Positions 11,116-23,386 are shown, numbered from the stretch's first letter. The stretch: DNA of 32,000 nucleotides from Wallemia ichthyophaga EXF-994 (GCF_000400465.1 NW_008806279.1:476107-508106), one strand, 5' to 3'. The notes: generated by a model from the sequence alone, not told the origin. Numbers and translations: made by a program.

Positions 11116-14100
11116 ATGCTCTTTATACAGGTGAGCCTGGAATTTAAAAATTATTTCATTTCTTACGCCTTGTAGCACCTCTCTGGCCTCATCAAGGTGC
11201 GTGCGCTGTTTCATCTCTCCCCATCTCACCATCTCACCATATCCAGGGCTTACGAGCCAATAAGGACGATGAGGATAAATTTATACAATCAACTTTACAA
11301 GAAATCAAGAATGAGATCAAAAGCGCTGATATCGAAACTAAATCTGTAGCTGTACTCAAATTGAGTTATGTGGGTTAATCGGGTTAATAGTCGTGATCTA
11401 CACGCTTAACTAACCAAAACACAGCTTGAAATGCTCGGTTATGACATTTCCTGGGTTAGTTACATGTGTCTCACTCTGCCGCGTCTCACCCCCACTTCAG
11501 TCCGCGTTCCCCATCATCGAGACAGCCAGTTCCTCAAAATTACATCTTAAATCTATTGGCTATCTCGCCGCGTCTTTATCTTTCTCTTCTCAAACTGACG
11601 TAATGATTCTAATGCCGAATCTTCTCAAGAAGGATCTCGCCAGTGAGCCATCCGCCGCACTCAGCTGCTTCTCTTCCGTGGCGACGCCGGAGCTATCAGT
11701 TGACTTATCCGCCGATCTCTCCAGGCTGTCGACCCACACACGCCCCGCTATTCGTCAGAAGGCTGTAGCTGCGATCCTCGTAGCCATCAAGCAGTCCAAC
11801 AACCTCGACCTCGCTGACTTCAAGAAGCGCCTGAGGGAAAGGCTGCACGACGACGACGCGGGTGTTCTCAGTGCGACTGTCTCCGCCATCACCGAACTGG
11901 CCTCTTTATACCCTACCCAATCTCTTGGTTTTGCTCCGCCGCTCTACGACCTCCTCACATCATCCAACAACAATTGGATGATTATCAAGATACTCAAGCT
12001 ATTTGCTGCGCTACTACCACACGAACAGCGTCTCCAGAAGAAGCTCTACGCCCCTCTCTCCGACCTCATCGAGAGCACAACAGCTGTTAGTGTGCTCTAC
12101 GAATGCGTTCTCACCTGCATAGTCGGTGGTATGCTGCACAAGAACCAGATGGCGGAGAACTGTCTCGAGAAGCTAACAAAGTTCCTCACCGACGACGACC
12201 ACAACTGTGAGTTATCCATTCTGCGACACCCACACAACATATCTGACGAGGGAAAAGTGAAATACGTAGCACTGCTAGCTATAGCGCAGATGATACCGAC
12301 ACACGCTCACCTCCTACATGTACACCAAGACGACCTGCTCAGCACCCTCGACGACCCCGACCTCACCATACGCCTGCAGGGTCTAAAAGTCGTTAGCGCC
12401 ATCGTCACAACTGAAAATGTCGAGCCAGTTATGAATAAACTCTTCGAACAACTCGTCCCAACCCGTCCAGATGCCGCTGCGTCGCTGAAAGACCCCCGCA
12501 TCAATGGCAGTGGTTCTGGCAACACCAACACGCCTTCTTACACTCGCAAACTCGCTCACACTGTCCTCGATATTTGCAAACGCGACCAATATACTAACAT
12601 CCCCTCCTTTGCGTGGTTGATTGATGTCGTTGTGCAACTCGCCAAGGTTGTTCCAGGTGTGGAGATGGACGGTGATACTGGTCGTGATGCTACCAGCAAA
12701 GATGATCTGGCCACATGCCTCCAGTCCACCTTTTTAGAAATACCTGTGACGTATCCACAGACACGCGAGTACAGTGTGAATATATCGCTATCCCTGCTGG
12801 GAGAGTATGTGGAGAGCAGCAATGGCGGTAGCAGTGGTAGTAGCAGTAGCAGTAGCAGTATCGGTGATGGTACAGACGTTGGCAGTAGCAGTAGCAGCGG
12901 TGTCATGAGTAGTATAAAGCATGCGATGCTACCAGCCGCTGTATACATCCTCGGTGAATATGCAATGTAGGTGTACTTAGATTTGTGTTATTCCCGGCTA
13001 GTGCGCTCTACTAACATACTCAATCAGGTTCCTCGACACACCACACGCAGCCGTGTCTAATCTCGCCCATCTCGCCCACCTCCACCCCTTCCTCACACCC
13101 CGCCTCTCGCCTTGCACCGTCGCAATTGCCCTCACCAGTCTCGGCAAAGTTTACGGGATACATGCGATGCTGCTCGCTAATGCGTGGGAGGAGGATGCAG
13201 GCAATGTGAAGAGTGCGCAGATGGCCAGACTCGCTCGCGCCGCTATTGACGCTGCTACGCCTTGTCAAGCTTCGAACGATGTGGACGTCGTCGAACGAGC
13301 TCGTCTTCTTGTTAACCTCCTCTCTGTTGTGTGGGGGGAGTTACGCAAGAGCGGGAGTGGTGAAAAAGCGACGGATGGGAAGGAGAGTGAGGAGAGTGCG
13401 ATGAATGAGGCGAATGAGTCAAAAGAGAACGTCAATGTGAATGTCAAATTGGACAACGAGGAAAATACAAACGTAGATCACGGCGACACCGTCGCTACCG
13501 CTTCGGAAGCTCCTCGCTCACTCTATCTTCTCAGCAGCATATACTTCGATAAGCCAGGCGCTGTGCCGTTGGACAAGGCTGATATGGCCAGCAACGTTGA
13601 TCTAGATGCGCCGCTGATCGCAGATCTCTGCGATGAGGTTTACACGGACGACGAACACGAGAAGGAGGAGAATCACAAGACGACAATCCAAGTGACTGTG
13701 GATACAGCAGAAGAAAACAGACGGAGGAGACAGCGCAAGGCGGCGCTCAGAGCTGAACGCGCTGAAAATCCCTACTACATCAAGAGTAAGGATGAAAGAG
13801 GGAGTCAGAGTGAAGAAGAGCAGGAGAAAAATCACTACGATGTGGATAGCATACCGATAGTCAACTTCCAGCATGATGAGCATGATGAGCATGATAACAC
13901 AAAGCACTCTGCACTATTTTATCCCAAAAATGAAAATAAAAGCAGCACCAGCAGTCGCGCACACTCACTCAAATCTCCCCCTCTCCCCACCTCCTCCAGT
14001 CAGTCTAGTCTGAGCACACCTCACACACCTCGCACAACGCGCTCCCCAGAACCACACGCGCTGTCGTCGGGAACGGTAAACAAAGTGGTGAAAAAGAAAG

Positions 14101-14126
14101 CAAAAAGGAACGAAAAAATACATTAA
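11116..14126 (+). CDS. APL5: AP-3 adaptor complex subunit delta
   Basis: join(11116-11130,11176-11196,11247-11369,11425-11454,11501-12206,12258-12966,13028-14126), about 900 aa. Spliced N-terminus MLFIQHLSGLIKGLRANKDDEDKFIQ..AVLKLSYLEMLGYDISWSAFPIIE..KSIGYLAAS matches delta-adaptin; DDPDLTIRLQGL; acidic/basic hinge-like C-terminus. Confidence 0.9.
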
Positions 14127-14176
14127 GTTGTGTAGCATTAAAAATCATTACGTATACGTATACTATGGAGTTAAGA

Positions 14177-16407
14177 TCAGTTATCGAAATCAATGGGCTT
14201 GAAGGTGGCTGCCATCTTGATACGACCACTCTTAACCTTACTAAGAGAGAACCAGTCGATTGATCTCTCCTTAGCTGTGAGAAGGTCGCGCAACTTAACC
14301 GAGACGAAACCAAGAGAAGTACTTTGATTGAAACCCTTATCATCAAACACTTCCACTGTCACCATTGACTTATCCTTATTCTTGACGAGGTATTCCTTGT
14401 TGCTACCCCAGGTAGGATTCTTAGTGGACTTAACCGTTTGCGTCCGATGTATTTCCTTCTTCCCGACACGCAGCGTGGCGAATGGGGACAGCTGGCCTCT
14501 GAGCTGACCACGAAGTTTACCACTGTTACTGTCGAGATCCTGTGCCTGCATTATGTTCACCCTCACCACACCAGAAGGCAGATCCGGGGGAGGGATCACA
14601 TTGCCCTCTTCATCCCTAGTAGCTTCGAGCGTAGGGAAGAAGTGCACGGCGTAGTCCAACATTCCATGGACCTTATCGTCGAAAATCAACTTGGCATTCT
14701 TATCACCACATACGCGCTCTTCGTTGAGAGTGGCGAGATCAAACGACGCTAGACCCATGTCCGAGTCCTTGCGGTGGTCGTTGTAGTCCAACACATTCAT
14801 AATGAGCATGTCGTTGAGATTAGTGAGCAGGAGATATTTGGTTTCGTTCCATGTAGGTTCGGATGTGTTGTGTATTGTTGCTGTTCGGTCAATCCCGACT
14901 TTGGGACCAACGGTGAATGAGACGTAGGGGTCGGGCTTCCCGCCACCAAATTTAGAGGTTGAGAGATTGTATGCTGAGTTGATATTCACCTTGAGCACAC
15001 CGACAGCAGCATCCATTGGGGTACCTGCGAGCAACTCTTGAATGTTGAGAGTGAATGCGTTGGGATGATACATCATTGGACCCATATTAGCATGTACTTG
15101 ACCAGTAATGAATGCAGATAGACCAGGAATCTGAGTAGAGTGTTAGAGGCAGTGAAGGCTAAGATAGCATGTGCACCCACATTGCCAACATCAAAACCAA
15201 AAGTATCACCGCCAATTGGTTTGAGTACGTAGTCGAATTTAGGACGCTCGAGGAAAGAAACACTGACCAGCTGTACGAAAGGGAAATCTTTGTCTAGAGT
15301 GAATTTGATTCTCATGTAGCCGCTAAAATTCATATCTTCAAGCAAAATAGGAAGAGCTTTGCCGACAAGACCTACACCAATACGCACAGCGAGAACAACT
15401 TTTGGATTGACCTGTTTTTTTGCTTCGTTGGGGGTAATGTTGGAGGTATCGCTTGGTTTAAAAGAGACGCGCCAGTCCATTTGGATGATATCATTGCCTG
15501 CACTGGGCCAAGTCTTAACGTATTCAATATCAGGAGCCTTATTACCGAGAGTGAACTGAGTCATACGTATGCTATCCAAGAAACCGGGAGTGTTCTGACT
15601 GAGAACTTGATCAGCGCTGCTAACAATAGCAGCGGAGAGTACAGGTTCATAAATGAGCCAGAATCTGTCTAAAAAGCTATTAACCCATTCAGCAGATTCG
15701 CGTTGAGATTCGAGACGATTGATAGATAATTCGCGGCTGATATCATCCTTAATATTTCTTTTAACACGTTTCATGTGGGTGTTGTAGTAGGTGCTAGCAG
15801 CAGCGAGGACTAGGAGCACCCAACCCACACCAAGATTAAATTTACCGATGATTATAGTGAGGGACATGGATAGGATGAGTATACCGCTATTCATGTACCA
15901 TCTACCAAAGAAACGTGTAGCCAGCTTGTTAAGTTCAACGTCATCATTCAGGTTGGTTGTGAGTGCAGTGAGTGCCATTTTATGACCAACTTTATACCAA
16001 GGAGGAATCTTTCCCGGAATAAAGTCACCTTCAGATTCAGCTTCTTGGGTTGCACTTGATATTTCATCATCCTTAGCATCGCCCAATTCAGCTGCATCGG
16101 TTGTAGCTTTGGCAGCGTCATCGAGTGTCGTCGTTGGGTCAATTGCAGTATCGCTATCATCATCGAGGTCGAGTGCAGCACCGTCTGTAGCTTTCTTTGG
16201 AGTCTCTGGAGCGCCTGATGATTTAGCAGCAGCCTTCTTCTTGCTATGTGGATCCTCATTGGGGTCGAAGGTATGCACTCTACCACCTGCCTTCTCAGAT
16301 TCCTTCATTTCATTTTGTAGTCCTTCAACGTCAGATTGCAGTTGAGCAGCGTTGTCCTCCTGCTCTGTTGAATTTGCGTGGTCCTTTGATTTCAAACCGA
16401 AAACCAT
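14177..16407 (-). CDS. Tricalbin / extended-synaptotagmin-like protein (hydrophobic hairpin, SMP, two C2 domains)
   Basis: Exons 16407-15181 and 15130-14177, 726 aa; 50-nt GTGGGT intron. Motifs ESAEWVNSFLDRFWLIYEPVLS, FTLGNKAP, GGKPDPYV, LRGQLSPFATL. Start assigned to MVFGLK rather than the ORF-track start at 16473. Confidence 0.87.
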
Positions 16408-16611
16408 GGTAATTGGAAGGAGGTGATAGAGAAGAAGAAAAGATATGAGGAATACACACACGAGTAATATCAATTTTAAAAAATCAATTCCTCATCCTAT
16501 TAAGCTAATACATAGCACAGCACCGCATAGCATCACTGATAGCTGAGTGATAGCAACCGTGGCTGTGTTTTTAAGTGAAAATGAGTAAATGTACATTAGA
16601 TTACACAGAGA

Positions 16612-16899
16612 ATGTCAAGTGATCAAAATAAATCGAAAAACTTGATCAAAAAGGTTTGTCTCAGGTCATCTCTATGTCTATCTCTAAAGACTTGAAAGGA
16701 ACAAGTACCAGCACCGAATGATGAATTCTGGGCAAAGAATGAGACTGTAAACATGTATCAGCCGATTCAACAGCTGAAGGGAGATTGTAGTAGAACAACA
16801 CCAGCACCATCTATAGCAAGCCAAACACCAACACTAACCAAGAAAACGATTCCAACAAAGCCAATGAGTGAGAATCCTTACTTCTATAAATGTATTTAG
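16612..16899 (+). CDS. Candidate small spliced orphan protein (80 aa)
   Basis: join(16612-16653,16699-16899); 45-nt GTTTGT..CTAAA..AAAG intron removes an in-frame stop. Product MSSDQNKSKNLIKKEQVPAPNDEFWAKNETVNMYQPIQQLKGDCSRTTPAPSIASQTPTLTKKTIPTKPMSENPYFYKCI. No recognised family. Confidence 0.4.
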
Positions 16900-16934
16900 A
16901 TTATTGATTATCTTCTTCGATACACACAGTCACC

Positions 16935-18082
16935 ATGGAAGACGTGAGTTATTAAACATCCAAAGCCACTGCTAACACTTCCAGCCATCTCAAACCATCC
17001 TCAATCAAGTAGAGTTCTACTTTGCAGACACAAACCTCCCTTTCGATAAGTTTTTGTGGTCGCTCACTAAGAAGAACGATGAGGGCTGGGTACCTATATC
17101 GACAATTGCATCATTCAAGCGCATGAGAGAGCCTGTAGAGAAGGCTGGCGGTGCTGACAAAGTCGCTGATATTCTCCGTCAATCCTCAAAGCTGGCTGTG
17201 AGCGAAGACGGCGGTAATGTTAAGCGTGTTACAGAGTTGAAGCCAGTCACAGACCGTGAATCTAGATCCATCTACGCTAAAGGTTTCCCAGATGAAACTC
17301 AATCCACTCAACTTGACCTTGAGAACTTCTTTGCAAAATTCGGTAAAACACTCGCAGTGAGAATGAGAAGAGATGAAAAGAAGGCTTTCAAGAACTCTGT
17401 CTTTGTGGAATTTGAATCTGTAGACGACGCAAAGAAGTTCCTCGAACTTCCACAAGAAGAGCGCAGGTACAACGATAGCGACCTACTCACAATGGCAAAG
17501 GATGCATACGTTGAAATGAAATGCAAGGAGAAGGGCATTACTCCTGGATCTGGCAACAAAAAGTCAAAGGGTCACTTCAACGCCTTCAAAGAGGAGAACA
17601 AGAAGAACAAGGATAGTGAGAAGGCTGCACAGCCACTCACTATGACTCTGATGGGTAAAGATATCGAGGTGAATAAAGAGAATGGTCAGTTTGATGAGTC
17701 TGCTCTCCAATTCACCCCTGGTTCCGTATTGAAGTGGTCTGCTCCTTCTTCTCTGGGTGATATGGTCTTCCGCGATCTGAAATCTAGCATGAAGCAGCAC
17801 ATTGAACCATCCTTCGTCATCGTCGACGACGCCAAAACAAACGGCATGTCGGGATACAAGAGACCAGTTGAGGATGGCGATATCAGCACCCTCAATAATA
17901 ACGTTAAGGTTAATGACGTCGCTGTATCCTTCACCAGACCTTCTCAGGAGGAGGAGAAGCAATACTACCTTGAGAACGCAAAGAACATGGCACAGGCTGT
18001 GCTCACCAGACACAACGAGGCGGGCAAGAAACGCAAGGGCGGTGGTCAGAATTTCGGCAACAAGAAGCAGAGGAGGAATTGA
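16935..18082 (+). CDS. LHP1: La protein homolog (La motif + RRM)
   Basis: join(16935-16943,16985-18082), 368 aa; 41-nt intron. QVEFYFADTNLPFDKFLW..GWVPISTIASFKRMR, RSIYAKGFP, FKNSVFVEF. Confidence 0.93.
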
Positions 18083-18175
18083 GGGTTTTACAGGCGAAGG
18101 GAGTAATGTAAATGCTATTTATACATATAATTTCTAACACATGACTTCTGAAACACAAATTCTAACACAAAACTT

Positions 18176-20125
18176 CTACTTTTTCACCTTGATCAAACCA
18201 CTCAGCATATCGAAAGAGTTACCGTCAGGCTGGAGGTCTATAGGGTTGTAAAGGAGAGATTTTGGAGTAACAGGGCACCTGATATCTGGGTATGTGCGCA
18301 AATATCCGTGGTCGAGTGTTAGACCGGCAATCCTAACTTTCTGACCGGTGTGCTGGAGGGTGATTTCCTGATCGTTGTGCATCCAGGCGTTGTAATAATC
18401 GTCGAGATACTCTCCAAAACCGCTTTCACTTTTCTCGAACACCCCCCACATCTCGTCGATCCTATTCATTATAAGAGCGCAAGCCAATTCGGAGGTGAAT
18501 GGTGTGCTCGCGATATCATTGATGCAAGTAGTTGGCTGACTATTGGAGATGTTAACACCAGCGCCAGCGATGAGGATGAATTGGCCGTCTATGAAATGTG
18601 AGGTGGTGAGGATTCCGCCTATTTTGAGTGGCTGCTGAGCGCCCTCAGAATTGTACCGCGTTGCATAGATATCGTTTGGCCACTTAAGCGCAATGTCGAG
18701 AGAGGGATCATGTGCGCGCAACGCCTGCACGACAGCGAGACCAATAAGATACTGCACGAAGACGACGCGCGAGCCACGCGTGCCTGGTAGACGGAGAACT
18801 AGGCTGAACTGCAGACAGCCGCTGCTGCTCACCCACGCATTACCGCCGCGCCCTCGCCCTGCTAGTTGATGGGAAGCTAGAGCGAGGAAGCCGTGCGGGC
18901 AGCTGCGTAGCATCCGCGTGTTCCTATCGAGCAGCGTCTGAGTACTGCCCACGGCCTCGCCATACAGAAGCAGTCGGCCGGCGTGCACGCTCTGGAGGAG
19001 GGCCAAGTACGCAGCAGTGTCAAACTTGGGCGTGTGCGGTGGGAGTTTGTTGAACGCGTCTAGAGCGTGAATGTAGATATGTTTGGTTTGGTTGGTCACA
19101 CCTGCTTCTACATCTGCTCTAGTGTGAGCAATCCTTTCGCGTTCCACATGCTCATTGAATCCAGAACCGTGGATAACAACCTCATCACTCCCGCTGTCGA
19201 CGGGAGTTGGATGGCTGGGTGGTGCATTGTTGCGCCCCTCTGTCACTGTTGCCACCCACTCACACAACCCGCGACTACTGCCGACGAGGAGCATCGGCAG
19301 GAGCCCAACCGGTTTAGCCTCATCGATCGGTTTTAGATGGAGGGCTAGGGCATTAAGGAGAGTGCGAAGATGCGCAATTCTTGCTTGTTCCAGTTGGTCC
19401 AGTTCGAGATGCTGCAGGTGCTGCTCTCCCGCGACCAGGCTGGCTGGCGGACATTTGAGGCTGAATTCAGGATGGACACCCGTCACTACCACCCTGCCGT
19501 TGCCGTAGCGCCTCTGCAGAGCTGCGACGGAGCCGTTGTGCGAGTAAGTAGCGAGAATGGATGTGTCTGTGTCTGTGTCTTGTGTGCTTGTGCTGCCGAT
19601 ATCGAACGCACACCCGCCATTGAGATAAAGGAGTAGCTTGTCGTGTGCTTGTGTACGAGTGTGTGTGTGCTTGTGCGTGCTCGCCTCCACTTCCACCTCA
19701 GCCAGATGCGCACCCCGCTCAGAGTTGTACTGGAAGTTGGGCAGAGCGGGTCCGACGGCGAGTGCGTCAATCAAGTTGAGCGGGCGGTCGCCTACAATGG
19801 CCAGCGACTCATCCCCCACTGCGAACTCTACACGCTTGCACGCGAAATAGGCACCGGCACAGACACCCAAGTACCGCCCGCCATTGAAAATGTACCGTTT
19901 GAGACGCGCAATGAGTGTGCCGCGGAGAGAGTGCAAATATGGCAGGTCACGCCCGCCTGGAATAACAACAGCCGCTGTGTATTCCTCCCAAGGCTCATTT
20001 GCGAGTACAGCCGCTGAAACTGATTGGATCGAGTAGCAGGGAGAGAGGAAACGGGTGAGTTGGGATTTGAGATGCGCTATAGAGGTGGCGCTGCAGCCTT
20101 GATCATCGTATATCAGGATATTCAT
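18176..20125 (-). CDS. BPL1: Biotin--protein ligase (BPL_N domain + catalytic domain)
   Basis: Single 649-aa ORF. IPGGRDLPY, YLGVCAGAYF, GVHPEF, QLAGRGRGGNAWVS, LKWPNDIY, KIGGIL. Confidence 0.94.
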   Translation of the reverse strand: MNILIYDDQGCSATSIAHLKSQLTRFLSPCYSIQSVSAAVLANEPWEEYTAAVVIPGGRDLPYLHSLRGTLIARLKRYIFNGGRYLGVCAGAYFACKRVEFAVGDESLAIVGDRPLNLIDALAVGPALPNFQYNSERGAHLAEVEVEASTHKHTHTRTQAHDKLLLYLNGGCAFDIGSTSTQDTDTDTSILATYSHNGSVAALQRRYGNGRVVVTGVHPEFSLKCPPASLVAGEQHLQHLELDQLEQARIAHLRTLLNALALHLKPIDEAKPVGLLPMLLVGSSRGLCEWVATVTEGRNNAPPSHPTPVDSGSDEVVIHGSGFNEHVERERIAHTRADVEAGVTNQTKHIYIHALDAFNKLPPHTPKFDTAAYLALLQSVHAGRLLLYGEAVGSTQTLLDRNTRMLRSCPHGFLALASHQLAGRGRGGNAWVSSSGCLQFSLVLRLPGTRGSRVVFVQYLIGLAVVQALRAHDPSLDIALKWPNDIYATRYNSEGAQQPLKIGGILTTSHFIDGQFILIAGAGVNISNSQPTTCINDIASTPFTSELACALIMNRIDEMWGVFEKSESGFGEYLDDYYNAWMHNDQEITLQHTGQKVRIAGLTLDHGYLRTYPDIRCPVTPKSLLYNPIDLQPDGNSFDMLSGLIKVKK

Positions 20126-20145
20126 CTTGAACGATCACAACGACG

Positions 20146-20889
20146 ATGGATAGCTTCTATCAAGCCATTTACGAAAATGGCGGGCGTGATGGAATACACG
20201 TGTTACTCACATATGCTCAATCATTGGACGGATTCATTGCTGGGAGTCATGGCAGGCAAATAACTCTATCGTGCAAAGAAAGCATGGCTATGACGCATAA
20301 CCTCCGTCTTCTCTCGGATGCAATTGTCGTTGGGAGTGGTACGCTGGTGAACGATAATCCGGGATTAAATGCGCGTGTGCCTGTTGTAGCACCGCTAGAT
20401 AATCAACCAACGCCGATTGCAATTGATCCCGAGTATAAGATGCCAGTGACAGCGAAATTAATCTCAAACTACCACAATGGAATTGGTAAACAGCCTATCC
20501 TGCTGGCTTATAGAGACTCACCCAAGAACGACAAAAGACTGGCGTTAGAGGAGAGTGGAGTGAAAGTGGTTGATATTCTCACACCAAGCACACCACTCAA
20601 CAGACAACACTTCAACACACTCAGCCAGATATTTGGATTTACGCGATTCATGGTTGAAGGTGGTGCAACGGTGATCAAGAGCATTCTAGCCGCGTCGGCA
20701 AACGAAACATCCCTATCTGACACCCTGGCCGATACTCTAGTAGTTACAGTCTCGCCTGTGCTCATCGGTGATGGTGTTAGTGTGGTGAAAAATCAACCAA
20801 ATAACTCAAAAACACCAAATCTACATCACAAAGCTAGCAAAGTATTTGGTAAGGATGTTGTATTCGTCGCTAATTTTATAGATAATTGA
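20146..20889 (+). CDS. RIB7: 2,5-diamino-6-ribosylamino-4(3H)-pyrimidinone 5'-phosphate reductase (RibD C-terminal family)
   Basis: Single 247-aa ORF. LTYAQSLDGFI, SMAMTHNLR, DAIVVGSGTLVNDNPGLNAR, MVEGGATVI. Confidence 0.88.
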   Translation: MDSFYQAIYENGGRDGIHVLLTYAQSLDGFIAGSHGRQITLSCKESMAMTHNLRLLSDAIVVGSGTLVNDNPGLNARVPVVAPLDNQPTPIAIDPEYKMPVTAKLISNYHNGIGKQPILLAYRDSPKNDKRLALEESGVKVVDILTPSTPLNRQHFNTLSQIFGFTRFMVEGGATVIKSILAASANETSLSDTLADTLVVTVSPVLIGDGVSVVKNQPNNSKTPNLHHKASKVFGKDVVFVANFIDN

Positions 20890-20976
20890 AGTTTGAATTT
20901 TCAATGATATTTTCTCATTTCCTCATTTCCCCGACTTGTCGTCTTCTCGCTTGGTAATTCTTGATAATCAGGCGGA

Positions 20977-21544
20977 ATGAGCGATACAGATAAGAAAATT
21001 GATGACAGCAATTTAAATAATATCGATGCTGTCGACAGCGACGACAAGGATGACAACAAATCCACCCCTTCCAACTCGGGCGGCGCATATGACCCAGAAA
21101 CAGGGTAAGAAAGGGGACAAGACACACAGTACACAGCCTCTCACACACTCCCCAGTGAAATAAACTGGGACTGTCCCTGTTTAGGCGGAATGGCTCATGG
21201 CCCTTGTGGCGAAGACTTCAAGAGTGCTTTCTGTGGGTGTGATGTGTTATAAAAGGGCAAACACAAACTCAAACGCTCTTATAGCCTGCTTCGTCTACTC
21301 TGAAGCTGATCCAAAGGGAATCGATTGTGTTGAGGCGTTCAAAGGCATGCAAGGTGAGTATTGATGTGTTGATAGGTTACTTCACTCAAACACCTCCACA
21401 GACTGCTTCAGAAGCCATCCAGAACACTACAGCGATGAGATTGCAGATGATGACGATGACGCAAATCCAGATTCAATCGACACTCAAAACACCACAGACA
21501 ACTCAGACGCTCCTCAAAACCCTCAAGATTCCTCAAGAATATAG
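20977..21544 (+). CDS. MIA40: Mitochondrial intermembrane-space oxidoreductase Mia40 (CHCHD4-like)
   Basis: join(20977-21104,21156-21232,21285-21353,21402-21544), 138 aa; absent from the ORF track. [65 protein letters not shown] contains CPC and twin CX9C. Confidence 0.95.
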
Positions 21545-21651
21545 ACTTCATTCCGCAACTTGTACCATATCTTTTAAGAAAAGTAAGAGTAGAAAATTTT
21601 CATTTGACATTATTTCATCGGTTTCAACACTTTATCCTTCATTACACCCTC

Positions 21652-23386
21652 TCATACCCCCTTGCTCGACCTGCTAGCCGTACTATCACTCCTTTTCACA
21701 CTAGGCTTAGGCCTGTGCGTATCCACTGCCTCGATCGGAAGCTGATACCTAACTTCGTCACATCCATACGCTTTAGGTGTGAGCTTGATGACTGTATGCA
21801 GCGGTATTTTGATGTACGGTATTTCCTCCTGAGGAATGTTATGGAAATACCCATAGATAGCTCTCAAGATGGCCTGGTGCCCTATAACGAGTATGTTGTT
21901 CTGTCTCTCCATCTCCATTATGATTGGCTCGAGTCTGATAACGACATCGCGGTAACTCTCTCCACCTCTGTACCTGTAGTTATATTTATCCTCGTCTCGA
22001 TTCGCGTAGTCTTCGGGGTAGTTTTCTTCGATTTCCTCGTACGTCATCCCATCGCACACACCCGCGTCGAGCTCATCGAGCGACTTCCATGTGAGTTTCG
22101 GGTAGGGGAGGTTAGAAGCAGTCTGGATGGTGCGTTTGAGAGTCGAAGTCCACAGCTGTAGATACGTTAGTATCAAGCACACTAGGCATCTTCATATCAT
22201 CACCCACAGTTAGCGGCACATTGCCGACATTATCCCTGACAAGATTAGGCAGTGCTTGCGCATACCTTGCACCACGAGGACTGAGGTCGCTATCACCGCC
22301 GATTCTCCCCTCGACATTAAACATAGACTCGCCGTGCCTAGTGAGGAAGATGCTCCTTGGTGAGACGTGAAGGTTCATTAGATAGAATGCGATCCTCGAC
22401 TCGAGGTAACCGTTGATGAGATTGCACACGACCTTCTCACCCACGTTGATAACCTTGCAGTAGCTAATATGAGGTTCGTTGACTGGCTCATAAGCAGCCT
22501 CGTAATGACTAATACGTCTCCTGAAATCTGCTTCTGCCTGCTCTGGTGTCATACCGTTGTAATCTGGATCGCCTGCGCTGACTTTCCCAGCGACGTTAGC
22601 CGAGATGACTGATGGGTCTTCACAGACGGATTCGATAAATATAATCTGCATTCCACGTTCTTTTTCAATACGTTCTGCAAGTTTCTGTCTGCGTTCCATA
22701 GTGGAATTGGTAGCGTCGTGTATACCGACGTTTCCACCCTGCTTAAGCCAATCGATGAGATTTTCGAGACAGTCGTTGGCCATCTTCTCGCGCATCCCCA
22801 TCGCGTCTGCGTTGTTAGGGTTGAAGAAGCTGGCTGAATGGTCATCGCGGGCGCCCGTCGTTGCCTTCTTCTCGCGCGCCAATTTCCGCCTGTATTGACC
22901 TACGTTAAACACCTTGACATCGTACTCGAGCCACTTGAGATAACGCATCAGCTTGTTGGATAGGTACGACTTGCCTCGTGCGGGGAGACCGACCATCGCA
23001 ACGACAATTTTAGCTTCGGAGTAATCAGGCTTGGCAGCTGTCTTGCCAATGCCTGCGACGGAGGGTGCGCGGGATGGGGCTCTACTGGCTAGTCTACTGG
23101 CGTTGGTGCTCTGGTCGAGCTGTTTGAGTATACCGGCATTGGCACTGGATGCTGTGTATGGTACAGGCGAGATGGGACCGCTATCAAGCTTAAGCCTCTC
23201 GATATCGGGGATTTGGCCCGCGGATCTGGATGGGTGGTGGAGACTGTGAGCGGATTGGGAGTGGTGATGATGCAATTGCTCCATTCCGAAAGATTGGGCG
23301 GGGAGGGAAGGAGAAGATTGGTTGCTGGCTTGAGACGTGGCTTCTTGGTCCTTGATGTGCTGTGGGGGAGAACCGGGAGGAGACAT
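21652..23386 (-). CDS. 6-phosphofructo-2-kinase / fructose-2,6-bisphosphatase
   Basis: Exons 23386-22208 and 22155-21652, 560 aa; 52-nt GTGGGT intron. Kinase P-loop MVGLPARGKS; phosphatase RHGES and IGHQA motifs both intact. Start chosen at MSPPGS; upstream in-frame Mets exist. Confidence 0.92.

Noticed and set aside
12826-12900. (AGTAGC)n repeats
   Set aside because: Ordinary Ser/Gly coding low-complexity insert in AP-3 delta; not a CRISPR-like or telomeric array.
16770-16880. Hydrophobic minus-strand frame (GFSLIGFVGIVFLVSVGVWLAID) and a 48-nt GTAAGG..TTAG segment
   Set aside because: No ATG or clear branch site; probably the antisense of the T/P/K-rich plus-strand ORF. Not fully excluded.
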